Assembly (NCBI GenBank): GCA_024704765.1
Contig: JAKMXF010000318.1
Span: 248,001-312,000, forward strand
DNA: 64,000 bases
Direction of reading: 5' to 3'
Source of the DNA: Oopsacas minuta
Lineage: Eukaryota; Animalia; Porifera
Both the position numbers and the translations under genes were made by a program. Positions 62,776-64,000 of this stretch are shown piece by piece. The notes beneath the pieces are model-generated. The model was not told the origin of the DNA, did no database searches, and saw only the letters and a program-made list of their open reading frames with translations. The stretch's first letter is position 1; each line of letters begins with the position of its first letter.

Positions 62776-64000
62776 CTTTAGAGAGTTGGGTAGTTTAACT
62801 GGTGCTGTTCTGGGAATTCCTGCTACGTTATAGAATAAATACTCAGGTATAGGGTTAGCCGTATCCTCAGCTCCTGCTGCTACTGGTGTAGCTTTATTAG
62901 GACGGTCTGTATCTGTATCTATTGGCGGTAGCTTAGAGGGAGAGAACACAGGACTCTCCTCTGTAGTGACTATACTAGGATCAGCTGATGTAGATATATG
63001 AGGTGATGGGTTATCAGGACGATCTCTAGCTAGAGATACAGTAGATGTAGAGTTATCTGGGAGTAGAATAGTAGTGCTAGCATAACCTGGGACTAACTGT
63101 CCAGCTTCTTGAGATAGCTCTGATAGACGTGGGTTAATCAATCTCTCAGATTTAAGGACAGGTTCAGGAGGGGTATTACCACGACCTCTACGCATTGCTA
63201 TAGGGAGTTCATCTGTTAGACGCTGTATATCAGGGGGATTGTTCTGTAGAAATTTGTTACCATCTTCGCTATAGAAATAACCAGGTATATCTTTTGTACG
63301 TAATGCTTGCAGGTTAGCTTGAAACTCTTCCAGCTCTGCTCTATCAGCTTCTACTCTCTCAGGCCTTCTCTCAGAGGATGCGTGTATTGTCTCCTGAGTA
63401 GGAGGTGATAGCACTAGGTCCTTGAACTCTTGTATCAGTTTATCATCATTATCTTCTGTGTGTATATTATATCTATTGAATATGTCAGTAGCTTGTTCTT
63501 GTACTGAGTCAGTTTTTATCTCTACAGGAGAGAAGGAGTCTCTCTCCTTATTTATTTCATCCCACCAGGAATTAACTGCATTCAAGCTAGCTACAAAAGC
63601 ACTCATCATTTCCTGCCCAATTGGTTTATGTTCTAACAACTCTCTGCGTCTAAAACCGCGAGGAACCTTCTTATTCTCTGTACGTCTAACAACAGTTCCT
63701 ATATCCAGGCCACGACCCACCCCGCTACCAAATACCATATCTTTATCTTTCTCACATTTGTTTAAGCCTAGAGGGAAATAATACTGAGTCCTCAGGTTTA
63801 TAGGTATAATGTCATCCTCTGTATAAGGGAGGTGTGTCAACTTGTGAGAGGGAGTGTTAATAGGACTAATAACGGAGTGTACAATAACAGTAGAGTCTCC
63901 AGGGAGAGCATGTGATTGTAACAACATCCCATCTTTAGCACGCCATCTCTCCAATTCCTTTCCTGAGTATTCCTTGCTGAGCAGTTCTATGCCAGATCCG
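62776..64000 (-). CDS. SPAG17: SPAG17 internal exon running off the right edge
   Basis: Frame open to the window end (GSGIELL...), EDDIIPINLR, FGSGVGRGL, NVAGIPR..VKLP; phase-0 donor AAG|GTAAAT at 62775 (alternative at 62763). Confidence 0.75.

Overview
This is a very compact, AT-rich, intron-poor eukaryotic (metazoan) region of about 40 protein-coding genes with short intergenic gaps. Gene content and compaction would fit a glass sponge such as Oopsacas, but that is inference. Most genes are single-exon housekeeping genes: CHD1L, ELP4, SEC11, TONSL, TYW1, ALG6, two PP2A catalytic subunits, YIF1, TPST, WDR34, MRPS11, MORN1, BTBD19, CEP95, DDX54, RECQL4, CDC40, XRN2, TDRD12, sideroflexin, MIOX. 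The main unusual feature is intron architecture. The seven ordinary introns I could resolve are 50-87 nt, whereas every long intron contains a whole gene: APMAP-like inside UBXN6 (same strand), HAAO plus an orphan ORF inside a FYB/ADAP-like gene, RECQL4 inside an SDR16C gene, and MIOX inside SPAG17. An L-rhamnonate-dehydratase-like gene breaks off at a strong donor 71 nt before the SPAG17 stop codon, suggesting three-level nesting. Other leads: tandem PP2A genes with a 533-nt identical core, one lacking the Arg214 loop and terminal Leu; about 20-fold excess (rough estimate) of the palindrome TGACGTCA, mostly in coding sequence; a bacterial-like tandem AAA+ ATPase; small DNA-transposon relics. 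No tRNA, rRNA or CRISPR array was seen. Family calls come from motif recognition by eye, not database searches.
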